Position numbers and translations under genes: made by a program | Assembly: GCA_030141605.1 (NCBI GenBank) | Contig: JAQGDQ010000544.1 | Span: forward strand, 62,001-126,000 | Length of the DNA stretch: 64,000 nucleotides | Reading direction: 5' to 3' | Origin: Tubiluchus corallicola | Lineage: Eukaryota > Animalia > Priapulida | The notes under the pieces: generated by a model | What the model saw: only the letters and a program-made list of their open reading frames with translations | The model's database searches: none | What the model was told of the DNA's origin: nothing | Part shown: piece after piece, positions 1-12,810 of the stretch | Position numbering within the stretch: position 1 is the first letter of the stretch | Layout: each line of letters begins with the position of its first letter

Positions 1-731
1 TTCCCTGTATAAAATGTTCTTTCGTCCAAATTACGCAAGAGTTACGCGCATTATGCAAATCAAGAGTAAACTCGATGCCATTAGTGAAAGTGCCTCGGTG
101 AAAAGCGTTATGCGCGTGAAAAGAAAACCGCGCAAAGGCTGTTGGAGAATAAACCATTAATATCATTTAAAATTTATCGAATTTGCTGTACCACCTATAA
201 ATTTTACTCTTAATTGCAAGATGTAGTGCAGCGTTATGCATTTGGTTTTTGTTGGCTTTATGGACGGTAAAAACAAGTTTTTGATAAAAACTTTTTTTCT
301 CTACCAGAATTCAGTTATTCGGCAAACTATTGTGGTCTATATATAGATCTCCTTGACACACTATAAACTATTGATGTTCAACTGCTGCTTAATTGGCTGA
401 AGTCTTAAGGATGATACAGAGATTTATTCAATTGAATTTACCAAGCGATTTTTTCCCCGTTCGTAAAAAAATGTTTTCGAACTTTTTGTCAAGAAAAATC
501 TTATGAATGGAATTTCACAGTGACATCGTTGACAAAATTTAGAAAGTCAGTTTTGCGAAGTGACGTGCTGCAGCGAACAAACATTCATGACGCCCTGAAC
601 AAGCAGGTGAAATTTGCTAAAGCTCCGAATTTAAGAAACTTTCATACCAATAGTCTTAACGACCTTGCGGACTAATTCAACTATTGTTCATTTAGCTGTG
701 CATAGATAGAGTTAAACATAGATAGAGATAA

Positions 732-1340
732 AGCAAAACCAGAGCCAATCTTAAACCGTAGTTCAGCCAACCTACTCTTTAGAATATCGAAAGGAAACAT
801 ACTGTTTTTTCAAGAATGACTTACGTGGAAGAATTATTACCACCAAAACACAATTTCACTAGTTCTTTGCTGTTACACGCATTTCGTCTTTCGTTAGTTA
901 TACGGGCACTAGTGTCTGCATTTCGGAAACGCATTGCATAAAAAACAGATGCTGTACCTCTCTGTTCAGATATGTTAGTTTGTGATGAACTACGCACGTT
1001 CCACAGCGTATGCGTGAGCACAGCGTGAAATTTGAAAATTGACTTTTTATCTTGAAACTTGCCTAGTTTTACTACCACATAGTGAATAGCTTACAGTAGC
1101 ACTGTACTTCAATTTCCGTTTTCGCAGACATGTGCAACACGCTCGTGGAATATTTTTGCTGTTGAAAATTAATTAGGTTAGTTTGTGATGCCATCAACAG
1201 TTGGGCTCGCCCACCGTTAATTAAGTTTTTAATCTGTTATTTAATTATCAGAAACGCTTTGCAGTATTAATTGTGTTAAAATGTAGACTTTTATCGGACT
1301 TGAAAATGGCTTTGTACATGGAAAATGATCCTGTCTGTCT
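732..1340 (+). mobile_element. Non-autonomous DNA transposon, Kolobok-like, copy 1 (~600 bp)
   Basis: Near-identical to the copies at 4841, 38469, 44530 and 52600. Begins AGCAAAACCAGA, ends TCCTGTCTGTCT followed by TTAA. Short imperfect TIR with 5'-AG ends and a TTAA target are Kolobok hallmarks. Confidence 0.7.
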
Positions 1341-2312
1341 TTAAGTAAACCTTACATTACCAAATTAATATTGGTCCAAAAAGAACACTTATTAAGGTAC
1401 TCATTTTATATCAGTCTTGTGTTTAAGTTGTATACTGAAAACAATAATAAATATGCTTTACGTAAACAACATCCTAGCGTTCACAAGTGGTTTGGTCTTT
1501 TTGTACATGCCGTTTCACCCTATTTCATATTTATGTAGTTATACAGACAACGTCAGTAATGATGTCATCACATACGTCGCGAACGCGAGCTAGAATTTGT
1601 TAGTTTTTATTACTATTTTGTAAATATGCGTAATTTTAACCTTAGTAAAAAGTTGTAATTTTAGATATAGTTGAGAAGGCGGTTACCGGGAGACTGAAAT
1701 CTTTGTTTACGTTCATTTCAGCGTTTCGGGAAGTGGAAAATGATTACCAATTGAATTTCGCTACCAACAGAAAACAAGAACGACAGATTAAAATATTCGC
1801 ATAGTTATTCAAAGATTTAACATATACATTTGTATTTTATGGTATTTGCAGTGATTGATATTAGACAGAAGAGAACAATGGAAATGGAAATGTTATGATT
1901 AAATACAGCTAATGCTACATTATTAAAGTTAAAGCCGTTGCTACATTGTGAGCGTGTTACATATAAATGACCATGAGTGAAAAGAGCCACGATTATAAGA
2001 CTAAATACGATATAACAATTGTATACCTAGTTCTTGCCCAGGATTATCCTCGATAATCAGGGAGTGGACTGACATGACGCAAAGGTATGTCACCCCTAGC
2101 TAACTAAGAAAATTTTGGCAAGATTACAACTATATATACCTTCTAAGAAGGAAGCCTATACGGCCATTGAATTGGGCATGAATCCAAAACTAGTTTAGGA
2201 AAATTACATACTTTAACCTTTGCATAGAGTTAAATGTATACTATGAAACAGGTTTGCAAGGGCTGATTAAGCACTTTCACTCAAGAAGCGCCATACTGTT
2301 GTAGTTCCCGAC

Positions 2313-2790
2313 AACATACATCACACTTGTGTCACTCTCACGGAACCGTAAGTACATCACACTTGTGTCACTCTCACGGAGCCGTAACATACATCACACT
2401 TGTGTCACTCTCACGGAACCGTAAGTACATCACACTTGTGTCACTCTCACGGAGCCGTAACATACATCACACTTGTGTCACTCTCACGGAACCGTAAGTA
2501 CATCACGCTTGTGTCACTCTCACGGAACGGTAAGTACGTCACACTTGTGTCACTCTCAAGGAGCCGTAACATACATCACACTTGTGTCACTCTCACGGAA
2601 CCGTAACATAAATCACACTTGTGTCACTCTCACGGAACCGTAACATACATCACACTTGTGTCACTCTCACGGAACCGTTACATACATCACACTTGTGTCA
2701 CTCTCACGGAACCGTAAGTACATCACACTTGTGTCACTCTCACGGAACCGTAAGTACATCACACTTGTGTCACTCACACGGAACCGTGAG
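2313..2790. repeat. Minisatellite, ~39-41 bp unit, ~12 copies
   Basis: Unit (ACA/AG)TACATCACACTTGTGTCACTCTCACGGA(A/G)CCGTA repeated head to tail with no unique spacers. Confidence 0.95.
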
Positions 2791-3179
2791 CACGTACGAC
2801 GGACGTGAACTTATTTTTTTCACCAAGATTCATACCAGTTTCTCGGTAGGCCAGCAGGATGTGACGTTTTTGCGGAAGTACTCGGGAATCTAGGACACGA
2901 AGCTATAAAGCAATGCGGTCAAACATACATCATTAAAGAACATCCTGGAGCCATAACGATCAGCTGTGTTTTTCACAGCCTAATGCTTGTACGGAAACGG
3001 AAAACCAACAAAATTGCAAACAGTAAACTGAAATGTGGTGGAATACAGGCAGCAATTCTGCTTGATTTCTTGTATGTTTCTCTGTACGACAGGTTCTTTA
3101 ATACTAGTGATACCACCAATCGAATTAAATAAAAAGATGGACAGTAGTCATCTTTTTGAAAACCAAATCGATTTCAGAG

Positions 3180-3406
<227 letters not shown>

Positions 3407-3407
3407 C

Positions 3408-3600
3408 TTTACGTATGCAGAAAAACTTGGTACATTGTAACTAACATACATTTAGCTTGCACCACAGCGACTAGGAAGATTAAAGAGTCCACTAGTGGCG
3501 TTATTATAGGTAATACGCATTATTGCAATAAAATTGTATAGAAAATGCTACAAAAAGGTCTACTCTTAACATCAGCAGAACATGTAGGCCCATATAAACT
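3408..3600 (-). mobile_element. Non-LTR retrotransposon ORF2 remnant (RTE-X-like)
   Basis: Minus strand reads CSADVKSR..., then MRITYNNATSGLFNLPSRCGAS; a second copy of the latter part lies at ~11348-11463 on +. Clade assigned from motif memory only. Confidence 0.45.
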
Positions 3601-4139
3601 CCATCGTCCGCAACATGAGGTAATTAAAATAAGAAATAAAATAAAACTAGAATAAAAATAAAATTAAAAATTGACGGAACTTTTTCAGCAAACGTCTTTG
3701 TAGCCTCTTGCATCGAACGATCACTTTTTCTTAGCTGTCAGTATAAAACGTAATTGAGCATAACGTTTTAGATTCAACAAGATTTTGTGCTTTACAAATG
3801 ATTATTGTCGAAATTACACAGATAAAAAATATTTCCGTTAACATTTCCAGTAAAATGAGTTCTACTGACTATTTAGGAGGCTATTTTCACTTTGCATCAC
3901 GATCTACTTTCACGGAGCAAATTATGCGTCTTGATGTCAGAGAGTTGGAACTTCCGTGCACGTTTTGTTATTAAAACTAATAAGCGGGCTCCATAAAACT
4001 AGCACATTGTATTTTGCATTTGTAGAAATGACAAAAGTTGCCTGATGGTTCATATTGCATACAGTGACCTAAATGTTAGAAGATTCGTTGTTTCTGTATC
4101 ATGCAATTTATTTGCGTTGTAAATAAAACGTGAAATGTA

Positions 4140-4686
4140 ACAGAGTGTAAATAATGGAATGAAATGTTTGCAAATGAAGAGAACCTGCAGGGTTTCATAA
4201 CTGCGTATTTTTACAATGTGGCAGAGTGTAAATAATGGGATGCATTGTTTTCTAATGAAGAGAACCTGAAGGGTTTTCTAACTGCCTATTTTTACAATGT
4301 AGCACAGTAGCAGAGTGTAAATAATGGAATGCATTGCTTACTATTGAAGAGAACCTGAAGGGTTTTCTAACTGCCTATTTTTACAATGTAGCACAGTAGC
4401 AAAGTGTAAATAATGAAATACATTGCTTACTAATGAAGAGAACCTGAAGGGATTTATAACTGTGTATTTTTACAATGTAGCACAGTAGCAGAGTGTAAAT
4501 AATGGAATGTATTATTTACTAAAGAAGGGAACCTGAAGGGATTTATAACTGTGTATTTTTACAATGTAGCAGAGTGCAAATAATTGAATGCATTGCTTGC
4601 TAAAGAAGAGAACCCGAAGGGATTTACAACTGTGTATTTTTACAATATAGCAGAGTGTAAACAATGGAATGCATTGCTTGCTAATG
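4140..4686. repeat. Minisatellite, ~82-90 bp unit, ~6 copies
   Basis: Repeating GCAGAGTGTAAATAATGGAATGCATTGCTTACTAATGAAGAGAACCTGAAGGG...TTTTTACAATGTA(GCACAGTA). Confidence 0.92.
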
Positions 4687-4840
4687 GAAAACAGTTTAAA
4701 AATTATGATGTTGTCCTGTACAAATATTTTGGTTTCAGTATAATTGATTAAAAAAATTGTTACAATATTATGTATAGTAATAGTCCAGTATCATCTCTCA
4801 GTTGTGGCAGCAATTGGTGCCTAAGTGTCGTTAATATTAA

Positions 4841-5415
4841 AGCAAAACCGGACCCAATCTTAAACTGTAAGTCAAAATAATCTACTCCTTTAAAGTATAT
4901 AAAGGTTTCAAAAATGACTTACGTGAAAGAATTATTACCACACAAACGCAATTTTGCCTAGTTCTTCGCTTTTACATGCATTTCGCCTTTCGCTAGTTAG
5001 GCGGGCACTAGCGCCTGCATTTCGGAAATGCGTTGCACAAAAACAAGTGCTGTACCTCTCACTTCAGATGTATCAGTTTGTGATGATTTAGACACGATCG
5101 GCAGCTCATACGTGAGCACAGTGGTGAATTTGAATTTTTATCTTAAACCTTGCCTAGTTTTAGTACAACACACTGAATACCATACAGTAGCACTGTACTT
5201 CAATTTTCGAATGCGTTAGCTCGTGAAATATTTTTGCTGTTGAAAATTATGTTAGTTTGTGATGTCATCAATAGTTGGGGTCGCCCGCCGTTAATTAAGT
5301 TTTTAATCTGTTATTTAATTATCAGAAACGCTTTTGCAGTATGAATTGTGTTAAAATGTATATTTTTATTGGACTTGAATATGGGGTGGTATATGAAAAA
5401 ACACCCTGTCTTCCC
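4841..5415 (+). mobile_element. Kolobok-like non-autonomous element, copy 2
   Basis: TTAA at 4837-4840, then AGCAAAACCGGACCCAATC; ends CCCTGTCTTCCC; colinear with the other copies. Confidence 0.72.
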
Positions 5416-6879
5416 CTAAATTCCAAATACACAAACTCTTTTCTGGAACAAAATGAGAGTCTGCTGTATAGTACTGAGTCTACTCTTCCCTCGATACTTA
5501 AGAAATCCTTAAAAATGACTACTTTTAATTAAATTACATCAGTTTCATTCAAAAAGTGGCTTAATTAATTTTGTTTCTGTGGGAATTGTTTAAAGATTCA
5601 CTCTGACACGTAAAACTTACAAAAATACTTGTAAAATAAACTTAATTATTGCTTATAACTAACTTATAAATTTACAGTAACTTGCGCTTTCAGTGATCGT
5701 CAAGTATGATCTTACAGGTAGATAGAACAGCTGCCACAGCACTTTGCCTGGCGGTATCTCCCATACCGTGATACACACACTTTTATTAAACCTTTGTCCT
5801 CGACATCTATTAATAATAACTAGAATCTTTGCTTACCGCACAAAGGAGACGAAAAATTTTGCGCAATATCATTTGCAATGTCAAAAGCAATGCAGACTAC
5901 AGTTGCAGTTTATCTGCTTACAATGAGATCCCGGGGGAGGTAGAAGAGCAAACTGTGCAAGTGTAGCCACTTGTTTATCCTCTTCCCTCGATCGAGAAAA
6001 GACCTGTCGTGAAGCCATTTAATTAGTGTGCTTGCCAGGTATGCTTTTAGCACCTGTGAAGCTGTAAATGATTAACAAGGGTAAATTAGTGTCGCGTTTT
6101 ATCTAGTAAAAACTAAAGAGCTTGAACGCGAAGCTATAAAAGACACGCAGCTCTTTCATCATGTTCTTTACAGGCACAAGCACAATTTAGTTGAGGTAAA
6201 ATCACTGCAATAGTTGCGTGAAAATTACGCAGCGTACGACTAAATAATTGCTTGGCAGATTTAAATAAGAGCATGGGATATCTACTTTCATAGCACTGAA
6301 CAGAGTGTTGTTAGTTCACGACGAGTTCTATAGTCTAGGCAGAATGAAATTTGTTACTTTAAGCTGCAGAAACAGCCTTTATGATTCTTCATTCAGCAAC
6401 GGATATTTGTTGAAAAAATAAAAGTTACGAAAAATACTATTACCATAGCACATCTAAACGCATATGATGAGATGATGATGGCGACGGTTATGACAACGAT
6501 GATAACGACTCCAATAATGATCGTGATGACGACGATGACAGGCATGCAGTGACGATGGTAACGTCAGTGGCGAAGATGACGATGTCCGATAATGACATTA
6601 ATGATAATCAGAATGCAGTGAAACTTATGACCTTTAAAAATTTCAAAAATCTTTTGCCATTAGTAATAATTTGTGAAATCAATATAAGTTATCGTAATGT
6701 TGTTTTTTTTGCAGACAGTTATTTGTACGATCTACTTTTTTTTCGTTAATTAGATACGCTAAAGTTTGACAGAAATTTAAACATTGAATGTTTACAATAT
6801 CACTAAAGATATCCCTGGACGTCCTAAAATTGCACAATTGGACTAACAAGTACCTATACATAATTTATTCGTTTTATGT

Positions 6880-7620
6880 TTTACGGAACATCATTCTCTT
6901 CGTTGTGAAAAGAAGCGTTTCACAAGCAGCGCTGTTGTCTTCCATCCACGTGAATCCTGGTTAAAAGACAACCTACGGTGTATTAACACTTTGTACATGG
7001 GGTACATAAAAGCTTGCCTCGAGGTCCGCCTAACGACAACCAATGATTTACGTCTCTGTGCAATCGGCATGCCACATTTGAGTGCACATGTAAAAAACAA
7101 ACAAGTGAAATTTTGGTCAAGAATGCGCGACCATGTTGACTTGCAAGAACCATTATTTAATTCGATGCTTTGTTTTTAGCTGAATCTTGCAGAAGCCGTG
7201 CAGCTAAATACGTTTCTAACGTTAGGTCATTGCACGAAAATCCTATCGATGTGGAAAGGGCAACTTATGTGACAAAATCCTTACCTCATCTGGATCTAAG
7301 TACAAAATCTACAGAACAATCTATCCTCGATTAGATGTACATAAAGTCTACGTAAACCGGGAGTTCAGTGTTAATGTACCTGCAGTAAAAAGACTTGCGT
7401 TTACAAGATCACGCTTGTCCGCTCATATTCTCATGATAGAAAGACCAAGATGGAATAGGATACCCAGGGAAGAGCACCTCTGTGTTTGCAGAACGGACGT
7501 TCAGGATGAAGAACACACACTGGGTCACTGTGTGAAAAGTGAACATTTTAGAGAACTTTGTATCAATTTGGACTTCACTAATGTGCAGTCAGAGTATAAG
7601 TTTTGGACCAACATAATCTA
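6880..7620 (+). mobile_element. Decayed LINE ORF2 3' part (RTE-X-like)
   Basis: Frameshifted fragments RESWL..., YMGYIKACLEVRLTTTND...KFWSRM and RLSAHILMIERPRWNRIPREEHLCVC..VQDEEHTLGHC, the Cys/His C-terminal motif of non-LTR ORF2. Confidence 0.7.
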
Positions 7621-9304
7621 ATGCATTTTGTTTATGAGCTATTTAATATTTTGAAATGATCATATTTTGTTATAACTAACCTAACTAATCAATTGTTACT
7701 GTTTTGAATGGACTGTCGCCAGTTAGTAAATTTACTACTGCTACTTACATATAGCGCTGCTATTAATATTTCCGCTATGTATTGATAGAATCCTGCTGCT
7801 TTCATAAAAAATAACTGGTGCCACAAAGATTTTACCGCCCTCTCCACATTCAGGACCTCACTATTTGCCACTTTTAAACGTGCAATTAGCAGATGAAAAG
7901 TTGTCCACATATTTCCATGTTTGCTATCAGATGTGAAATTCCCACATAGTAAAATAAGTGAAAAATAAGAGTGTCGAACTCACTCTTTCGTATTTACATA
8001 ATAATTGCTGATTAAGTATACAAAAAAACAAAATATTTACATCGAAGGCATACTTGTAACCTGCATATGGATTGGTAAAATCAATGATTATATCAAAAAT
8101 GATTTACTCACTATTTTAAACAAGCAAAGTGTGCAAATCTTCCAATTAATCCACTTAATCTTCGATTGAGTTACGTTTCTGAGTGTCCACGCATGAAGCC
8201 ATACTAATCACTCACTAACTAAATGATGAAACCAGAGGCCCGCTGGATTTAAAACCGTGCGCAAGCTATTGATTTGCGCAGCTCTATAAACAACTGGGCT
8301 GCAATTTATGGCCACTTCTGTGCCTCAACAGGGCAGCAGTTCTATTAGCCACACACATGGGACGCATTGAAAGCTTTCTAAGTGCTCCCTACAAAAAATA
8401 CGCACCTGCTTTTCAAAATTAAATTTTGAAAAATCAATTTCAATCAATGCTTATGTAACTACTTAATGAGCAACTGAGCTAATTTAATGTTAATGCCTTC
8501 AGTTTGAGGCTGCTGACGCCCAATAGCGTTTCGCGCTCTTATCAACTGATGGCGCCAGCGTCGACGATATGAAGTTTAACTACAGTGAATTAATTTGACG
8601 CCAGCTACAAAATCCTTTACAATAGCAAGTCAAGCTAGACTATCTTTGACCTTGTACTCACTTTGACAGCTGGTTGCTTAATAATATGCGAACAATATTA
8701 TTTACTGAAGACAAAAAAAAAACTAAAAATGTGAAAAATACATCGAAAGATTTTTCCAGATATACCTTTTTTTACTCATGTATGGTCAGTGGAGGCGATC
8801 AATATTTACACTTATTTAAGATTTACTTATTGTGTTATATTCTTGGATACGAATGAGGTGAGAATCATAATCTAGTCCGTAATAAAGCAGATAAAGAAAA
8901 AATCAAGCTACGATTACATGTACTTATAGTACTGATATTCGACAGATCCCTACAAGAACGTTTTTGATCTACTTCCGGTTGTACTAGCTATCTTTTTGCG
9001 TTTATGTTTTTAAAAACACTTATTGTGCTGAGCTTGTCACTGTAGACAATTGCACGTCGGCTAGAACTTGTAATTTGTTGCGTACTGGATCGTTCTCTTC
9101 ATGCGAGTGTAAATGCTGAGCACTCAAAACCGTGTGTGAAAATTACATAAGAATGTATTTGCCGATTTTTTAAAAGTTCTGATCAGAAATCGTCGTTCAC
9201 AAGAACTAATGAATGAATTCTTTGCTTTAGCAAAGAGAAAGAACAAAGTTATACTAAATCTTGTATCAGTTTTTTGTTACGTTGTGCTATTGTTATGCTA
9301 TAAT

Positions 9305-9604
9305 TATTATGTTATTTTATGTTTATGTTATGTTATGTTATGTTATGTTATGTTATGTTATGTTATGTTATGTCGTGTCGTGTCGTGTCGTGTCGTGTCG
9401 TGTCGTGTCGTGTCGTTGCGTTGTGTTGTTTTGTTTTGTGTTGTGTTGTTTTATGTTATGTCATGTCATGTCACGTCACGTTACGTTACGTCATGTTATG
9501 TTATGTTATGTTATGTTATGTTATGTTATGTTATGTTATGTTATGTTATGTTATGTTATGTTATGTTATGTTATGTTATGTTATGTTATGTTATGTTATG
9601 TTAT
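9305..9604. repeat. Compound pentanucleotide microsatellite (TTATG/TCGTG)n
   Basis: Directly visible. Confidence 0.97.
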
Positions 9605-10088
9605 AGTTGTTGCAAATTTCATGACCTTATTTGGTTCTTCCATGTGAAAACATATTGTAGATTTTCTCATTAACAGAATAATGCAACAGGTTTACTTTCT
9701 GGAGCAGAGCAAAAACTGACTGCATTAACAGATGGGTACTGATTAGTTGTTTGTGTATGTAGTTTGAGAATTTAGCAATAGAAACCTTTCTGCGCACTGG
9801 GTTATTACGGAGCCTGGACTGTGACGTCACGTCAACTGCTGCATAATTAATTTGATGTCAGCGTACTAATTAACATCGACGCGCTTGTACAGAGTGACGT
9901 TCTGGGAATTTTTGCTGCATGTCGTTCTGGTTGGCCAGTGACTTAGTCAGACTGGCATTATAGTTTTTGAAAGCAGGACAGACAGTAGTCTTCAATGCAG
10001 CCATCCTCGCAGCTGTATTTTATATACGGAGATCGTCAAAATAGCTATGATTAAAGAAAAGTCCCACAATTAAAAAAAACAAGAAAAA

Positions 10089-10129
10089 CACGACGTTTCA
10101 ACCTGCCGCTGTAGTTTATGTTTAGGTGA
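10089..10129 (-). ncRNA. Decayed minimal type I hammerhead ribozyme motif (Penelope-like), inverted copy
   Basis: Minus strand reads TCAC-CTAAACA-TAAACTACAGCGGCAGGTT-GAAACGTC-GTG. GAAACGUC is intact and CUGAUGA is mutated. Part of a ~95 bp inverted repeat with 10575-10668. Confidence 0.45.
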
Positions 10130-10580
10130 AAGAAAAAGTAAAAAGAGCACGTGAAATTACCAATACAAATTTTTTTCTGAGATTGACTTTTTAATATTGT
10201 TAGGAGTTGAAGTTGAACAAAAAGTTACATTAAACCCGATGCGACGCATTTACTACATTATTATTAATTTATTAACGATGAACAAAAGGAACAAATGTGA
10301 TATCACTGCTATCTGGAGCCTCTAGCCTCTATAGTTAACAACTAACTCAAAGTGGGTCAGATACGAGAAGCCAACCTGGCGCTCAATTTTGAATAAACCA
10401 GCGGGTCGTAGCATCACTATTAGCATATGAAAATGTCACGCTGAAGAAAAGGGACAATCACAGAGAAACAGCACTGAAGCAAGGCAAATAAAAAACATAT
10501 TAAGTAAATGTACTTAAGCGAATGTTTGCTTAAAAAACACATTAAGCAAACACAAGGCCGGTGATCTTGTGTGATTTCTT

Positions 10581-10621
10581 TCACCTGATGATAAATTACA
10601 GCAGTAATTAGAAATGTCGTG
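10581..10621 (+). ncRNA. Minimal type I hammerhead ribozyme motif (Penelope-like)
   Basis: TCAC-CTGATGA-TAAATTAC agca GTAATTA-GAAATGTC-GTG: CUGAUGA core, stem II AATTAC/GTAATT, GAAA, GUC cleavage triplet, stem I CAC/GTG. Confidence 0.55.
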
Positions 10622-11347
10622 CTTTCCTTGTTTTTAATTGTGAGATTGTCCGTTAGTTGTCGCTATTCTTCTCATTAAGATTCAATGATTTCCGTTAAAA
10701 TAGCATTGAGTTAATGTGACGTGTTGTACAAACTGTGTATGTGACATAGTAATTAATTAGATAATATATCTTTTGGCTATCTAACTGCTGAATTGTATTT
10801 CGATGTTGTTTCTAAATTCTGATAGATTTGTTTGTTTTAGATGCCTTGACAATGAACAGTTTGTTCGGAAACCGGTCGGCAATGAATTTCATTTTGATGT
10901 AGGTACATCTATTTGCCAAATATAGATAATTTAACTAGATATTATTAATTATTGTTTAATGGTTTAGTATTAATGGTTGCAAGATATGCACGTATTAAAT
11001 GACGCAATGCGTGACGTCACACACCTGCACTCGGCGACTCGACTAACAGTCATTGTACTGATGTTAGAATTTGCCTCTCTGGAAAATGCCTCTACATTTT
11101 GTATTGCGAGTAAGGTCAATCTAGGATGTCATGCACTGGTATGTTCTGCAGGTATAGCAAGTATAAAAATTCTTCTATGGTTAAAGTGAGACTGTCCCCT
11201 TCTAGCTCGGATTTTGCAGTATTGTACAAAGAGTCAAGCTACTTAGTTAAAGAGGACAGGAGAGATTTAGTATCGAAGCAGTTTATTGAACTGTAGCATC
11301 GAGAAGGTAGACGTTGAATATGTCATCATAATAAAGGAAACATTGAA

Positions 11348-11463
11348 AAATGCGTATTACCTATAACAATGCTATCAGAGGACTCTTTAATCTTCCTAGT
11401 CGCTGTAGTGCAAGCCTAATGTACGTTAGCTACAATGTACCAAGTTTTTTCATGCATACGTAG
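11348..11463 (+). mobile_element. Non-LTR retrotransposon remnant, same family as 3408-3600
   Basis: Reads MRITYNNAIRGLFNLPSRCSASLMYVSYNVPSF; reverse-complement match to ~3408-3522. Confidence 0.5.
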
Positions 11464-12049
11464 GAAACAAGGCGCCACCAACAGCTCAATATTTAAAAAG
11501 GAATATAAAAACAGTTTTAAATTCCCAAACCATTAAAAGGCTACTACGTATTATTCTTTAAAACGCAAAACAAGACTTACCGCTTACACTACTCGTTTAG
11601 CCGACTAGTTCTTAACTTTCACAAAACTAAATTACGAGAGCGTTTTGATTTCCCTTAAGTGCGTTTTAATAAAGATGAAAATTGCGTTCATCAACTCAAC
11701 AATCACTAAAATTAGATTAATTATCAATTTGAGCTGCCCAACCCTATCGTAAACTAGCATTTTGGCTAGTCGTAAAATGATATTTATAGACGTTTAACTC
11801 GTATTTTAAAATCAGTTCTTTCAGTAAAATAGAGATTAATGTCGCATGATTTTAGCTGCCAAAGATGTTGAAAGTTGTAAAACAAAATTTTCGGCGCGTA
11901 TTACATGCAATTAGAAAATTGCAGACCACACTAAGCAAGTCTGGACTCAATGTAATACTTTTCAAGTATGTTCAAATTTCCATGTAACTGATTTAGAGGC
12001 GAGGAAGTAGCCTTTGATTAGATCGAGTGCAGACCGAGCCTAGTTTTTT

Positions 12050-12409
12050 TAATAATAACTATAATAGCATCAGTAACTGCAATGAGCAATGGCAGTGACA
12101 ACAACAGCAGCAACAGTGGCACTAACAACAGCAACAGAAGCAACAAGAGCAAGAGTAACATCAGCAGCAAAACAACAGCAACTACAACAGCAGTAACAGC
12201 AACAATAACAACAGTAAGAGCAACAGCCATAGACACAACAGGAACAACAGTAACAGCAGCAGCAAAACAACAATAAAAACAACAGCAACAACCACGACAA
12301 CTATAACGATAACGAAAAACGGCAGCAGCAGGAACATCAACAGCAACAGCAACACCAGCAGCAACAACAACAACAACAACAAGAACAATAGCAGCAGTAT
12401 CAACATCAT

Positions 12410-12463
<54 letters not shown>

Positions 12464-12482
12464 AGCTTCAGACAAAAACAAC
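12050..12482. repeat. Degenerate (CAA/CAG)n low-complexity tract
   Basis: Directly visible. Confidence 0.9.
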
Positions 12483-12659
12483 GTTGTTGCTGTTCAGCTC
12501 TTTGCGGTTATAATACAGTCACATTGATGCGACTATACTGTGATAGACTAAGTATTGCAAATTCTCATCAACTGTAGTTGCAAAGCAAAATAATACTGCT
12601 TCCGGCTGGCTTCAACTTTTACATCTTTAAGGAATACCGGACAATTGTTTAGACTCAAA

Positions 12660-12810
12660 GTTAGCAATTGTTTCTTATATTTGAATAATTAGCTTAGAAA
12701 GTTAATTAACGGCAACCGAACACAGCTATTGCTTACGTCAGAAACTTACCACAGTTTGTGCAATGGCAGGCGTCTTCCCTTGTGCGTCAAGCACGTTTGC
12801 ATAAGCGTTA
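12660..12810 (-). mobile_element. Diverged fragment related to the Kolobok-like family
   Basis: Reverse complement loosely matches the internal CGCAAACACGTGC...CCGTTAATTAA segment of the family. Confidence 0.35.

Noticed and set aside
2313-2790. CRISPR-like array
   Set aside because: Units are contiguous with no unique spacers, there are no cas genes, and the context is eukaryotic.
9209-9673. CYVML-repeat ORFs
   Set aside because: Pentanucleotide microsatellite open in all three frames.
9822-9829. CRE palindrome TGACGTCA as a promoter element
   Set aside because: Single 8-mer with no identified adjacent gene or TSS.
10441-10475. Third hammerhead candidate (CTGAAGA...GAAAC)
   Set aside because: No convincing stem II, stem I or NUH triplet.
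12018-12481. Poly-Q/N/T or poly-L ORFs
   Set aside because: Degenerate trinucleotide tract with no splice or domain support.
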